A stretch of DNA of 64,000 nucleotides from Octopus vulgaris (Eukaryota). The translations under genes were made by a program, and so were the position numbers. The stretch is from NCBI GenBank assembly GCA_951406725.2, contig OX597837.1:21266001-21330000 (forward strand), written 5' to 3'. Position 1 is the first letter of the stretch. Every line of letters begins with the position of its first letter. Below the pieces are notes generated by a model. It searched no databases. It had not been told where the DNA came from and saw only the letters and a program-made list of their open reading frames with translations. Below are positions 1-14,066 of the stretch, one piece after another.

Positions 1-504
1 AGAGAATGGAGGAAAGTGAGATGGTGGGTCAAAACATTATTAGTGATGAAGAGAAGAGAGGATATCAGAGAGCATAATGGGAGAAACAGTGATGATGGAG
101 TGGATGAGAGAAGGGGAGGGGGAGAGGGAGGATGAGTAACAGAGAGCTTAGTGATAGATTAGAAGGTATCAAGGAGCAGATGGTGGAATAACAGGGATAT
201 ATTGGGCAATAGACCAAAATTGCTAAGTGCAAATCTACCTTTGGCATAACTTGGAGAACTGATTCTCTTAATTACACTAATCAACAATTAATTGATGCAT
301 CTGATTAAAAATAAGATCATTTATGTGAAATAAAAATAAATATTGATTGATTTCATTAACTGCATCTATCTATACCAACATATTTCTGAAGACCCGGTCT
401 TCATGAAGTGTGTCTTTGGAAACAATCAACCTGGTACAATCAAATCTTTTCTGCAAGGTCTATTTATTGTAAGCATTGAACCCAGCACTAGAATCAAATA
501 AACT

Positions 505-660
505 GGAGAGCCTCTATATGGTTGCTCAATCTGCTAGAAATAGCAACCAAACAATGCTTAACTATCTTAAAGAGAAAGACACAGATAATACAGTAATTTT
601 GGGGGTTGATAAAAAAAAAGCACATCTGGGGTAGTGAACTTGTTGATCATTTGAGCATAC
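505..660 (+). repeat. Interspersed repeat family E (CTGCTAGAAATAGCAGCCAAA core), degenerate copy
   Basis: Same motif recurs at ~2330-2520 (-), 17900-17990, 21115-21215, 37165-37300, 47290-47450; tail fragment at 12326-12360. Confidence 0.55.
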
Positions 661-1909
661 TTGTTCCAGACATGTACGTTTTGAGTTCAAATCTTGTGGC
701 TTATTTGTGTATTAAACTTTATTTGTCAGCCAGTTTAACACCATTTGGTTCTTGAGCACCTTTAATAGAGCCCACTCTATTGTAGGCACATGAGCCAGGT
801 TCCTGGTTTGAGCATACCTTCCTCTCTTCCCTCAGTCTCTGAAACTCTGGAAATGGGCTTGGCTATAGATTACACTGAGTAACACGATTTTTGTCCTTGG
901 GTAGCAACTATTATTTCATATTTGCTTACCCCAGAAAGCATGAAAAATAGCTAATATTTCCTTCAAACTTTGCTTTTCTTACATTTATTCAAACCCCAAA
1001 GGATCCCTCTCAACACATGGCTATGATGTTCCTACATTATTTCTGCTCATGGTCAGAAATGCACATATTGTCAGCTGCTAAGGGACATGTTCAAGTGGTT
1101 TAAGGTCAAACAACTGACAAGCAAATCTGAGGTATTTGTGTGTATTTCTGCTTCAGCAACTCAGTGCTGAATCTGTCTGAAATGCAATGGAAAATAGGTC
1201 AATTTCAAAACATTGATGTACAAGTCACAAAAGCAAAGTCTGAAGGGAATAGTAGTCATTTTGTTTGATTTCTAGATAGGAGCAAATAGGAAATAACACT
1301 TACTGACCAAAGACACACACAAAAAAAAAGTTACACTGTTTTCTTTCCTTCTTACTAAGTGATCTAAAAAGAAAGCTACAATTGGTAAAAAAAAGACACG
1401 ATGTTTGTAAATCTCAAATGCTATTTACGGCTTGGTGAACCGGACAGTTTGAAAGTCGAGACCTTTTGGCAAAAATCAGATAGCAGTGTCAGTGACAGAA
1501 TAAGAACCGCTGACCTCTCAGTTGGCTATCAGGTATATTAGTTGTATGTCTTAGATGAAACGATGCAGCATGGCTGAATAGCTTAAGAAGTTCGCAATAG
1601 AATCAAGCGGTCCCAGGTTCAATCCTAACATTTTTTTCTCTCTTTTATCATGGCCTTTGGTCAAAATAAATCTTATGAGTGAAATTGTGTTGATGGAAAC
1701 TGTTTAGAAGCTTGTTGGATGAACTGAACCTGTACATCAAAGGACCAGCCTTGTCACATGCTGTGTCATGCTGATTTCACCTGAGGATTATGTTATGGGC
1801 TGGTGTATCTGTGGAATACTCAACCACTTCACACATTAACTCAAAGAGTAGTCATTCAATCAAATGGACAACTGAGTATTCAATTGTCAAAATTGATAAA
1901 TCAAATTCG

Positions 1910-2315
1910 ATGACTGGCTTCCATGCTAGCGGAGTGCTAAGAGCACCATCCAAGCGTGATCATTGCCAGAGCAGCTAATTGGCTTCCATGCTGGTGGCAC
2001 ATAAAAAGCACCATTCGAGTGTGATCGTTACCAGCATCTGGTATGTGAAAAACATTTGAGTGAGGTCATTGCCAGTGCCGCTGGACTGGCTCCTGTGCTA
2101 ATGGCACGTAAAAAACACCCTTTGAAAGTGGCCGTTGCCAGTACCACCTGACTGGCCCTTGTGGTTGGCGTTCAGAAGAGCATCCAGTTGTAGAAACTCT
2201 GCCAGATCAGATTGGAGCCTGGTGCCGCCATCTGGTTTGCCAGTCCTCAGTCAAATCATCCAACCCATGCAAGCATGGAAAGCAGACATTAAACGATGAT
2301 GATGATGATGATGAT
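1910..2315 (+). mobile_element. Family C retroposon (internal GGTGGCACRTAAAAAGCACC repeats, (GAT)n tail)
   Basis: Homologous to 23004-23417 and 56553-56970; ends CCAACCCATGC..GCATGGAAAGCAGACATTAAAC(GAT)n. Confidence 0.8.
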
Positions 2316-2639
2316 AGAGAATCTCTCTAGGATGAGTTAGCTTTGTTATGTAAGTTATTGTTTAGGCTCTAGGTCTACCTTGATCGAGTTAGTCTATCAT
2401 CAAAGGTGTTCGAACCATGATCATCCTGTCTAGTTGAATAAAGCAATACAATGTACTTTGAAGGAGATTTTGATGTTATTTTCAGCAGGTTGAATAACAA
2501 CTTTAAGGTCTTTCTCGATGGTTCAAAACAAGTTATACTTATAAGCAAGTGCTAAAACCAACACTACAAGCTAGTAAAGGAGAAAGAAAAAAAAAAGACA
2601 AGGCTTCTTCCTAAGTCAAGCAGACTCAGAGCAATGGAG

Positions 2640-2850
2640 TCAGTGATTCTCTGGTATATATACTACCCCTGCTGGATGGGATGTTGGTCTGTTGTAGAAA
2701 TACTCTTTTTTGCTAGTTGCATGGACTGGAGCAACACCAAAAGAAGTGTTTTGCTGAAGAATACAACAATGCATCACCCAGTCCTGTAATTGAAACCACA
2801 ATCTTTCGACCATGAGTCCAACACCCTAACCATTAAGCAATGCACCTTTA
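2640..2850 (-). mobile_element. Family D tRNA-headed SINE, old diverged copy
   Basis: Reverse strand head GGTGCATTGCTTAATGGTTAGGGTGTTGGACTC...GGTTTCAATT resembles heads at 35520 and 50007; tail CATCCCATCCAGC resembles that of the 49690-50007 copy. Confidence 0.55.
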
Positions 2851-3254
2851 CTATTAGCTAATAAAACAATAATTTTATAAACCAATTAATCTACTGACCA
2901 TATCCAACCATCTTTCAACTTCATTTGAGTAATACTTCAACTTAATATATTAAACACATAGAAATGCTGTTTTGTAATTTTGAAGTTAAGTATTTTCTGA
3001 ATACTTATGAAATTGTAAAAAAGTTAGATCATTTACTAAATTAGAATGTCAATGAAAATAAATAAGGACAAGCAGTGCACTCTGGATTTGTTCTATGTTA
3101 TCTTTCATTGTTTCAGGCATTGGACTGTGGCCATGCTGGGGCACCGCCTTGAAGGGTTTATTCAAATAAATCAATCCCAGTACTTATTTTAAAGTCTAGT
3201 AGTTATTCCATCAGTCTCTTCTGTCTCATTGCTAACACACACACACATATATAT

Positions 3255-3487
3255 ATTTCTTTATTGCCTGCAAGGGGCTAAACATAGAGGGGACAAACAA
3301 GGACAGACAAACGGATTAAGTCGATTACATCGACCCCAGTGCGTAACTGGTACTTTATTTATCAACCCTGAAAGGATGAAAGACAAAGTCGACCTCGGTG
3401 GAATTTGAACTCCCAACATAACGACAGACAAAATATGGCTACACATTTCGCCCGGCCTGCTAACGTTTCTGCCAGCTCACCGCCTTC
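3255..3487 (-). mobile_element. Family B SINE (Meta-domain-like), near full length
   Basis: Reverse complement GGCGGTGAGCTGGCAGAAACG...GAGTTCAAATTCC (B box)...GGTCGACTTTGTCTTTCATCCTTTCAGGGTTGATAAATAAAGTACCAG; matches 19821-20035. Confidence 0.85.
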
Positions 3488-6384
3488 ACACACACACACA
3501 TATATATGTTCATGTACATGTGTGTGTGCTTATGTTTGCCCCATCTCATCCTTTGACAACTGGTATTGGTTTGTTTACAGTCCTGTAACTGAGCAATCCA
3601 TTATACATATCTTCTCTTATAGTATTTGTGTTTATCCCACCTCATTGCTTGACAACTAGTGTTGGTTTGTTTATATCCCTGTAACTTAGCAATGCACTGT
3701 AGGCATCCTCTCTCATACCCACCATCTATTATCTTGAGATGGCCTGGTATCTCAACATCACCAGCTCTATCTTCCTTCCAGCTACTCGCATCCACTCTTG
3801 CATAATGCAGAGTAGCCTTGTATCTCATCCATTATACTTTAACCCTTACAACATCCGGCATAGAACTATTGTCCCTCCTCTTTCTATCAAATACTACACT
3901 TTTGTTTATTTGAGGTTTACTTCGTCCTATTCTTTTCTCATCTTGCAAGTTATTTAGCAATCTCCCAAGGGCCAATGGTATGAAAAAAAGCACTCATTTA
4001 AGAGGAATATAACTATTTATTAAATGGTCGCCATATTTTCTTGTAGTCTTATAAACGTTACACCATGTCAAAGCTAAGATTATTTAACACAATTTTTAAT
4101 AAGATTATCATAGTAAAACAGAAACAGTATATGAGACTTTTTTAACACAAAAATTTTAGTAATAACGAGTTTAATATCATGATTGGCCTTAAGTGTATAT
4201 CAAGGACTCATGTGATATCAACATTGGAATACATTTCTTATTATGTTTCTCATGTCCTGAGATAAACCTGATCAGTCTTGTTATTCTCTTACTAATATAT
4301 TTATAAAAAGGGGAGATAACTCCAGTAAGATTGTTTTTACCTTTGTGTGACACAAAATATATAAATACACAATGGTATTTATATAAGGCGGATAAGGTAC
4401 TTATTCAAGTTCAATAATTATGTTCCACAGCACAGTATTTTATCTGTGTAGTCATAGTTGCCAGAAGTCGTTTACCTGTAAAACATTATCCAACTGAATA
4501 ACCAAGCTTCATTCATCAACCTTGTAACATTACTTTGATCATGTACCTGGTTAATTGAGTCACCTGACATTGAATGTAAAAACACAGCAAGCAGTGCTAC
4601 ACTATGTTACCTCTCTCTCTCTCTTATATAATGCATTCTCATTCTCTGACTATATCGCATTGCTAGTACACCTTTGAAGTCCTACAAAGGTCATAAGGTC
4701 AAGTACTTCAAAGGATTCCCGACCAAGCTTGGTTTCTGGAAACCCATTGGCGCTTCTGCATTTGATCCATTTCGTAAACTGCTTTGACTTATTTTCTGTT
4801 GGTTTAACTTCAACAATTTCAGAAACTCTTGCCAATGATAAACGTCCATCTCACCATAGAATTTGAACTATTTCAAAGAATATTCTAATTCATTTGACTG
4901 TTTGATATTGGAAAATGATGATTCCAAGACTTTTGACCATCTTGGAGATCTTGAAGGATTTAGAAGGGAGATTGATTTAAAAAGAAATAGGCATGGCTGA
5001 GTGGTTAAGAAGTTCACTTCTCAACCATGTGGTTTCAGGTTCAATTCCATTGAGCAGAATTTTGAACAAGTGTCTTCTACTATAACTCCAGGTTGGTCAA
5101 AACTTTGTGAGAGGATTTGGTAGTGAAAAACTGAAAAAAAGATGTATCTATAAATCTCACTGCTTATCTATATATATCTTATATATCACTATTTGATATC
5201 CACTTTTCATGCAGGTATGGACTGGATGGTTCGGCAAAGATCTGAACTAGAGGACCAGGTAATACACCAATGTCTGTTTTGCATGGTTTCTATGGCTGGA
5301 TGCCTTTCCTAAAACAAACCACTTTACAGAATGTATTGAGTGCTTTTTTCATGATTTCAGCACTAGTGAAGTGGCCTTGCAACATGCAACACTGAAGAGC
5401 TTAAAGGGTACCACACCTGAAAAAAGAGGAGAGAGAGTGTGTGATGATTTTAGGTAAGATGACATGAGAAGTATGATATGAGGAACATATTTATGGTTGT
5501 GAGTCTGCAGTAGTGGAGAAGGATATAGAGTAGGATATACTATGGGGAGAGAGTAAGGGAGAAGAGAGGGATAAGTGTCAAGGTTTAGTGAGAAAGAGGA
5601 AAGAATGGTAAGATTGATGAAGGTGGGTGGGGGCACTGGGATCCAGTACTAATGCGTATTATAGACATGAATGTGTATATGTGTCTGTGTTTGCACTTGT
5701 GCTTTCCTAAAAATTGTTGAGCTACAAGTGCTTATGTTGTTCCTTGATTTTGTATTTTCAAAGACATTTGGAATAATAGGTCCCTTACTTGGTAAACAGA
5801 TACAAATTAGTGATGGGTAGTGGGACCCAGATTCAAGAGTTTCAGGCTTTTGAGGTGTGTGGGGCCACCTCTCAGCCACTTTTGTTCCCAGACCTATTCT
5901 GACCTGGAGTAGTAGCATGTATCAGGGTTCTAGCTATGGATTTGACAGAATGTAATCACAAGGGCCAGGGTATGTTGAAATCATGGATGTAGCATGGTGG
6001 ATGTGAACTATTTTAGCAGATGAACTTATTTGAGTCAATGGTGAGTATCAGCAGGTGCTGAGCAGATGAACAGACAACAAACTGTTAGTCAATTAGTTCA
6101 GTCAGTGAACTAAAGCTATAGCTGAGGCAGGTATAGATGAGATATATCAGCTCGTCAAAGATCAATTGAAACATCTGGCATGGAAGAGTTACATTGGTCA
6201 GGGCAAGTTGTCCAACTTGGATGGATGGAAGGAATCCATGCTAGCATGGAAAAATGAATGAAAAAACTTTACAGGTGCCATATTTGGCTTTATGGTGTAA
6301 TATGAACATTATTATGTGGACCACTTAATGTTTTCCACTCAATGTTCCAGTAGAATGATATTAAATACAATTAACACTTATTCT

Positions 6385-6600
6385 TTTACTTGTTTCAATC
6401 ATAAGACTGTGGCCATGCTGGGGCATCACCTTGAAGAATTTTAGTCGAATGAATCAACCCCAATACTTATATTTTTTGAAGCCTGGTACTTATTCTATTG
6501 TTCTCTTTTGCTGAACTGCTAAGTTACGGGGACATAAACACACCAACACTGGTTGTCAAGTGGCAGTGGGTGACAAACACACGCATACACACATATATAT
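6385..6600 (-). mobile_element. Family A SINE, 3' half
   Basis: Matches tail of full copies (20211, 35973); matching head half lies at ~7490-7645, so probably one copy split by nested insertions. Confidence 0.75.
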
Positions 6601-6888
6601 ATAATTAAGATTCTGTTGAATTAGGTACATAAATTGAGGCACCTTGCTAGGTCGGTATAATCCACACACCCAAACAATATTAATTAAATATCGAATATCC
6701 AGACTCCATGCAGGGGTGTTTGTACCTGATATTCCTGCCATGTGTGCAGACAACACAACCCAGCTAAGTGAAGATATCCACTCTTGGTAATTCAGACATG
6801 TACTTTTTATAAAGGTATTTTCTATAGTATTCCCAAAGTGCAGATTCCAAGTTAGGCGAGCAAAACATAAGCGAGTAACAAAGATGTA

Positions 6889-7445
6889 TAGGGGGTCAAT
6901 TCATTATGGCTGTTTCAAGTGACTCCATTAATTGATTAATGAAAAGGTAACATCATTTGAAAGAAATCGTTCCCATCAGATGACCGCATAGACTTCAAGC
7001 ATTTTCTAAAGATATTCACATCAATAATGGAACTCAAAATATTTACATCATTTCTTTTGTCATAACTGAGGTAGAATGAGTTTAGAAAATAACGCATACC
7101 TTGTTAAGTCTACTATAATTTAGAGAGCAGTAGTCTCCTAAATATAAGTAGCTAGGTCACCACTCCCTTTATCTTGACCCCCCCCCCCACTATTTAAATT
7201 ATAGCAGACTTAACAAGGTAAGAATTATTTTCTAAACTCATTCTGCCACAGATATGACAAAAGAAATGGTGTATATATTTTGAGTTCTATTACTGATGTG
7301 AATATCCTAAGGAAATGCTTGTATCTTTTATGCTTATTAAAGTCTATATGATCATCTGACGAGAACGGTCACTTTCAAATGATGAAATGTTTTCATTACT
7401 CAATTAAAGGAGTCACTTGAAACGGCCATAATGAATTGACACCTG
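6889..7445. mobile_element. Tc1/mariner-type MITE with ~230-bp imperfect terminal inverted repeats
   Basis: 6889-7122 is the reverse complement of ~7194-7445 (GTCAATTCATTATGGC..GCCATAATGAATTGAC); flanked by TA at 6887-6888 and 7446-7447. Confidence 0.85.
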
Positions 7446-7489
7446 TACATCTTTGTTACCCATTTATATATATATATATACACACACAC

Positions 7490-7645
7490 ATGATAAGTTT
7501 CTTTCAGTTTCCACCTACCAAATCCATTCAAGGCTTTGGTTGGCCTCAGGCTCTAGAATACACTTGCTCAAGGTGCCACGCAGTGGTACTGAACCCCAAA
7601 CCACATGGTTGGGAAGTAAACTTCTTACCACACAGCTACACCTGT
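7490..7645 (-). mobile_element. Family A SINE, 5' half
   Basis: Reverse complement of tRNA-like head and CCTTGAGCAAGTG CORE-like segment. Confidence 0.8.
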
Positions 7646-9905
7646 GTGTATACTATGGTTGTAAAAGATAGGAAGTCAGCTCTGGTTTGTTTCATTGTAG
7701 GGTGAAAGATTTGGATCTGTTGTTAAAGAAATGTATGCTATTTTAATTGCTAGCATTCTGTTTTAGGAGATAGAAAATATGTTGACTTTGAAGCCCAACA
7801 GTACTTGGAAACAAGAAATTATAATTTGTTCTTTTATCTTTACTATCTGCCATTTCTAATTTGCTGAGCCAATTCTTCTAAGTATGTGTGCTTTTATAGC
7901 TAGAGTAGTTGTGATGTTGAAGCATTATGTGTGGTGGGATGTCGTTCGTCACTATTATAAAGTCCACTCAGGTGTTTATTCACGTCCAATAATGAAGTCC
8001 TGTAGTGAAGTGTTTATCCAGATGTAGCAGCAAGAGGTCATTTATTTCCAGAGCTCTCCTAAGCGAACTAGTAACCATGTTAAATAGAGCCGATCATGTG
8101 ATCATGGTGTTGAATCACCTGATGTAAACCATGTAACGTGCAACAAGACTGCAATAATTATGTTATAATTGTAGTCTTCTAATTAATTTTAGGCAAGAAA
8201 CTTGAGACGAGAAATACAGAATTAAGAAACCAAAATAATGTTTTTCAATGTATATTCACTCATTCTAAGATTTGTAAGCCGAGAAAAAAAATATTGCCTA
8301 AAATATATAAAAATTGTTCCTCATTTCATTATGAAATATATTTTTAAAATCTTTTAGATATGACATCAAAATTCCAAGAACTTGTCCAATTTGTTTGATA
8401 GGCACTTGAGGTTTACCATAGCTATATATCTATTTCTCTGATGGTTTGTAATTCTTTCAAGTTAGCAGTTATTAGCAACTCTATTCGTTAAAATAGACAT
8501 TGCCATCTATTTCATAAGAAAGTAACAGAAATATGAACACACACGAAAGGATGGAGATTATAAAAGCATTTTCTTTTTGCATAAAACATGAAGACTCGTA
8601 GAATCAATTCAATCCAAGTGATATAGATTAAGTGAGGTTCATGCTTATTCCCAAGAACATTATTTAGCAACGTAAGGGAAACGAATAGCATCTCAAGAAA
8701 CGAAATCCAGGAAGTGTAATAAAAAAGCAAACACAAAGAAAGACAAAGTAGGAAAAAAGCTGCCTCCGCCTCAGAGAGAGAACGAAAAAGAGAGAGAAGA
8801 GGAAAGAGGGAGAGACAGAGAAATACAGAGCTAGAAGAAGGGGAGTGTTTAAGGGGGAGAGTGAGAGGAGCATGAAATGAAAGATAACGAGATGCAAACA
8901 ATGAAAGTGGGATGGATTTGGAGAAAGAACAGAGCAAAAGAGGAGGTGAGTGAGTGGAAGCAGGAGTTGATTTAGCAAGAGAAAGCGAGAGAGGGTGGAA
9001 AATAGAAGGAGAGAGAGTGAAAGAGAGAGAGTTGCAAAGAGAGAAAAAATTCTATCATTTAGCTCATGGTGGCGAAGTTGGCGGATCGTAGCGCTGGTGG
9101 TACTATAGTATTGTCTGTAGTAAGCAGTAGTACCCGTTGTTGTTTTCGTACAAGTTAGGAGCAGAAATAGTAATGTGATACACGACCACCACCACCATCA
9201 TCATCATCATCGTTATCATCATCATCATTATCATCTCCATCATCAACACCATCATCACAGTTCTATCATAATCACCACCACGACAACGAAAATGGTACGA
9301 ATGAAGAAAGCAGGAGTAGAAGTGAGGAGGAAGTGACTTGCATTTCAATTAGTTACACTGTAATATTTTTAAAACTGTCTTGTCTTTCCCCATAACAACA
9401 TACACACACACATACACACCTAGATATATAATTATATATACATACATATGTATATATATTTATATATATTTATCCATAATTCGACCTCGTTTTCTGTCCT
9501 CAGTTAATCTATTTCCATTTTTGTTTATATATATATATATATACATATATATATCTATATATAAACCCAACGTCATATTTTAGCAACTAGACCTTATTGC
9601 ATTCAATAATTAATATGAATTATTAATTAATTGTTAATAATAGTAATGCATTTCTTTTAAGTAACTTTAAAAACCACAGATATAAAATATTCCCTATAGA
9701 AGCAATACTAACTCTCTCCTACTTCAGAGAATATCTCGCACTACGATCCAAAATAAACCACACACACACACAGAACAATTAAGCACAACAAAAAACAACG
9801 CACTAACCATTTAATTAAATTTCACTGTACAAAAACCAACCAGTAACACAGACAATACCATTCCACATCGTTTCTCTGAAATATCTCTTGAGATACGAAA
9901 TAAAA

Positions 9906-10102
9906 TCAGTGCTGGCCACCGTTTATTTCTTAGAGCTCTCAGTACAATTTAGTGGTAGAGGAGACGAAAATAGTAAAAGCAACATCAACAATAACAAACA
10001 AAATCTCCGAGACACTTATTTGTGTTTTTCTTAATTTTTCTTCTCTTCTCTCATTCGTCTCTGACATCAATCACCTCATCAGATAAAGATCAGACACTAC
10101 AG
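9906..10102 (+). promoter_or_regulatory. Candidate transcription start and non-coding first exon
   Basis: TCAGT Inr-like motif at 9906-9910, consensus donor CAG|GTAAGT at 10102/10103, unique sequence inside a SINE-poor zone. Confidence 0.45.
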
Positions 10103-10165
10103 GTAAGTTCAACTTAATGGGTCTATTTATATTTAAATATACAATATTTTGGTTTCATTTTCCTG

Positions 10166-10390
10166 TCATATATATATATACATATATATATAAAATTATA
10201 TATATAATATATAAATATATATATATATTATATAATATGTATGTCATACATATATATATGATATAATATAATATATTTTATATATATATATATAAAATTA
10301 TATATATAATATATAAATATATATTATATAATATGTATGTCATACATATATATATGATATAATATAATATATTTTATATATATATATATA
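10166..10390. repeat. AT-rich tandem duplication (~110-bp unit, about 2 copies)
   Basis: TAAAATTATA...ATATGTATGTCATACATATATATATGATATAATAT occurs twice. Confidence 0.8.
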
Positions 10391-10446
10391 TTTAGTAGTA
10401 TTGTTCCGTTAACTGGTGGAATCAACAGACATTATTCCAGCCAGCG

Positions 10447-10480
10447 ATCTATCTATCTATCTATCTATCTATCTACCTTC

Positions 10481-10514
<34 letters not shown>

Positions 10515-10522
10515 GTCTCTGA

Positions 10523-10571
<49 letters not shown>

Positions 10572-10644
10572 GCATACCTTGTCTTGTATATGTTATACTG
10601 CCTCTATTCTTTTTCATTCTCTCTTGAATCATAGACAATACCAA

Positions 10645-10710
<66 letters not shown>
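10447..10710. repeat. Compound microsatellites (ATCT)n, (CT)n, (TA)n, (CA)n
   Basis: Directly visible. Confidence 0.95.
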
Positions 10711-11368
10711 GAAACTTAGTTTTACAAATTGTAAAACCCTTGAGTTTGATGATTCCGAGTTTTCAAATGAACACTTTTCTCCTCGTTTGTAAATATAATA
10801 TATAAACCTCTAAATCCTAAACAGCAAATAAAGTCACAGAGTTGAGCCTTTGTTAGCAACAATCAGCGCTGGTGATATATCGGTGATCAATTTTATAAAA
10901 TATATAAAAGAAAAGAAGAGTCGCGGGGGACTGTGATCTGCAACAGTGTGAGCATATATAGCTATATAAATCTGTGCTCCAGCATTATATATATATATAT
11001 AGATAGATAGATAGATAGACACGTTTTTATACAGATAAAAGAGATTTTGTAGTTGAAACAAACGTATATTCGCGCGCGTTTACATCTTTTTATTTGTATA
11101 GTTTTTCACATTTGCACTTTTGTATACATAAATATATATATACACACAACACACACACACACATATATATATATATACATACGCATATACATATACACGC
11201 CGACATTAGTACTTTGCACAACTAACTTGCTTGAATATTCTCAAGATCATATTAAAACTTCTCGGCTAATTTAATTCAGTGTTTATGTCCGAAAATAGTG
11301 ATGAGGTAAATAAATATATAAATAACTTGCTTGATCGAAGCCTATTTTCATTTAACACACGTAGGCAA

Positions 11369-11423
<55 letters not shown>

Positions 11424-11716
11424 TGTAATTTTACAAAATAACCGTGTAGACATGCACACATACAAAGACTGGTTTCACGCACACTAAATACTTAACACAA
11501 AAATGTAATTATATACAGACTCACTGGCGCGCTCATTTACGAATACCCTTTTATAAAATAATAAAAGGATATATATGTGTGTGTGTGTTTGTATGTGTAT
11601 ACACACGCTCACACATGCGGTTTAATAAAATGTACATTAAATTAGACACAATTTTCATAAAATTAATCCACACAGCGTCCATACACACGCACATGTTCAC
11701 GTTTAATAATTATAAT

Positions 11717-11754
<38 letters not shown>

Positions 11755-12550
11755 GCGCGCACACACACACGTGTGTGTGTATAATGTTAATGTTTTTCTT
11801 TGTTTTTTCCAGTAAACAAAAACATACCAAATGAGACATTTTTGTCCTCAGGATACTTGTTTTGTCTTAGAATGACTTTCTTGTTGATGAGATGGGAGTA
11901 GATAGACAACAAAGAAACTATACAGACAAAAAGAGTAGATATATATAAGTATATATGTGTCCGTGTGCATATATATTTATATATATATATATGTGTGTGT
12001 GTGTTGGAGGGAAAGGAGAGACGTGCATAATTATATGCAAGGCGACTTGTTTTCCTCTTGAAGATATTTGGATATATAAATAGACAATGATAAAGAGAAA
12101 GAGATAAACCTTGAAACACACACACACACACAGAGTAAACAGAGAGAGTATCTGTGTGATTGATGCTCGACCTTCTAGAAACAATAGTCAGACCCCCATC
12201 AAAATCATTGTCCCTTATTTTATAAAAAGCATGGAAAAAGGACATCTTGGTGCCTAATGCCTGAAAAACAACATGTAATAAAGAAAAAAACGGGTTGGTC
12301 ATGGCTTCAGTGCAATTGATCAAAGATCTGTTTGATCAGGGCTGACCTGGGGCTCAACAAGGAAAAAAAACACATATTTATATGTGTAAATATCTATATA
12401 TAGACAGATAGATACATAATCGGTCTTCTCAAATAGGGCTGCACAGAGATTGTGTGTGTGTGTGTGGCTACAGAGAGAGAGGAAGAGAAAGAATGCATTT
12501 GATGTTTATTGTCAAGTTCACTCCTGTCAATTGACCACCATCGTCGACTT

Positions 12551-12560
12551 CGCCATTTTG
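12551..12560. promoter_or_regulatory. YY1/Pho-like motif CGCCATTTTG
   Basis: Matches CGCCATNTT consensus within a CpG-containing unique patch. Confidence 0.35.
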
Positions 12561-13117
12561 CAAGGGACCTTAATAGATCCATCCATGTCCAGGCGCACAA
12601 CTGACACTTTATTTGTATCTCACTGATCCCCACCTTTATCACATTATCTATATGTCTATCATTCTTCCTATCTCCATTCTCATCCTACTTCTTACTCCCA
12701 TATTCTTTTCTCTTCTATTTTCTCACAGCATAGATACACACACACACACATAACACCCTCACTCTTTCTTTCTCTCTCTCTCACTCTCTCTATATATATA
12801 TTACACCCTTTCACATTTATCTTCCTCTTTTCTTTCTCTGTATGTCATTCTCTAACATTTAGCCTTTTCTTTTCCCTCTCTCTCTGTCTTTATATCATAC
12901 TCTCTTACATTTATCCTCCCCTTCTCACTCTCTATATCATACTCTCCTACATCCACCACTCTGTTCTTTCACACTCTCTCTCTCTATATCATACTCTCAC
13001 ATTTTCCTCCCCTTCTCTCTCTCTCTACATCTATTTCTCAATCTCTCTATCTTTCACTTTTTATCTCTCACCCTTGTTCTCTTATATCTCTGTCTCTCTA
13101 CCTCTCTCCCTCGCAAG

Positions 13118-13313
13118 GCTGTTGTCGCCATTGCGTTACGTCCCTTTAAACACATCAACCAGCGCCGGCTTCCTTCGAAACGTCTTGAGAATCCCCTTCT
13201 GAGCCCTTCATCATCATCATCATCATCAACACCGCCATCATCTTCATCCAACACCTCTTTCTGCATCTCACTTTCTTCAAATGAAGCTCAAGTAAAAACG
13301 GTACGAAAATCAG
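13118..13313 (+). other. Candidate exon (5' UTR or coding)
   Basis: Long polypyrimidine tract ending CGCAAG|, CpG-containing body, one open frame (AVVAIALRPFKHINQRRLPSKRLENPLLSPSS...), possible donors at 13301 (GTACGA) or 13314 (GTGATA), both weak. Confidence 0.3.
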
Positions 13314-13439
13314 GTGATAGATCAATTATTATTATTATTATTATTCGTAATTTAATATTTTATTATTGTGTTGTTGTTTTATGTCTGTGACAGTGCACTT
13401 GCCTCTGTCTCTATGCGTGTATATATATATGTATATATA

Positions 13440-13468
13440 CGTATGTATGTATATATATATAAAGATTG

Positions 13469-13502
<34 letters not shown>

Positions 13503-13555
13503 CATATATATAAAGATTGCCTCTCTCTCTCTCTCTCTATATATATAAAGATTGC

Positions 13556-13594
<39 letters not shown>

Positions 13595-13595
13595 G
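13440..13595. repeat. Minisatellite of AAAGATTG-(CT)n-(AT)n units, 3 copies
   Basis: TAAAGATTG anchor recurs at ~13460, 13511, 13546. Confidence 0.85.
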
Positions 13596-14035
13596 AACCT
13601 CTATAAAACATCTCAATATACACACACGATCTGTATGTATATGTTGGTGCGCGTTATATGCCTATATGGATTCATTTAAAGATGTGTGTCTAATTTATGT
13701 GTGTGTGTATTCACACATTCTCCTTTTGGCCAACTTCCTCTTCTTCCTTTTTCACCCAGATTCATTCAAAAAGGGGGTAAAAAAAATGCACCTTTACTAA
13801 ATGTATGATGTATATTCTATTATATACTCCTTACTGTTGCAAAGTCAAGGGGAAAACCAGGTCAATTTAATTTCGCACAGATGTTTGAATATTTTATTGT
13901 ATATCGTATTTACTCAATACAGTTGTGGCCGCTCTAAAATTCATTTTTTCCCTCCCTTTTCGCTATATATGTCTCACTACACACACACGCGTGTGTGTGT
14001 GCGTGTGATTATATATATGTGTGTGTGTGTCTGAT

Positions 14036-14066
<31 letters not shown>

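Noticed and set aside
4650-4960. Unique coding-like segment (61-aa minus ORF) with a 10-bp inverted repeat
   Set aside because: No recognisable domain, stops nearby in the frames checked and no clear splice pair; hairpin too weak for a miRNA call
5700-6200. Possible Penelope GIY-YIG remnant
   Set aside because: Too degenerate to recover a convincing motif by eye; needs a translated profile search
8512-8978. 141-aa and 104-aa minus ORFs
   Set aside because: Low-complexity translation of a GA-rich tract
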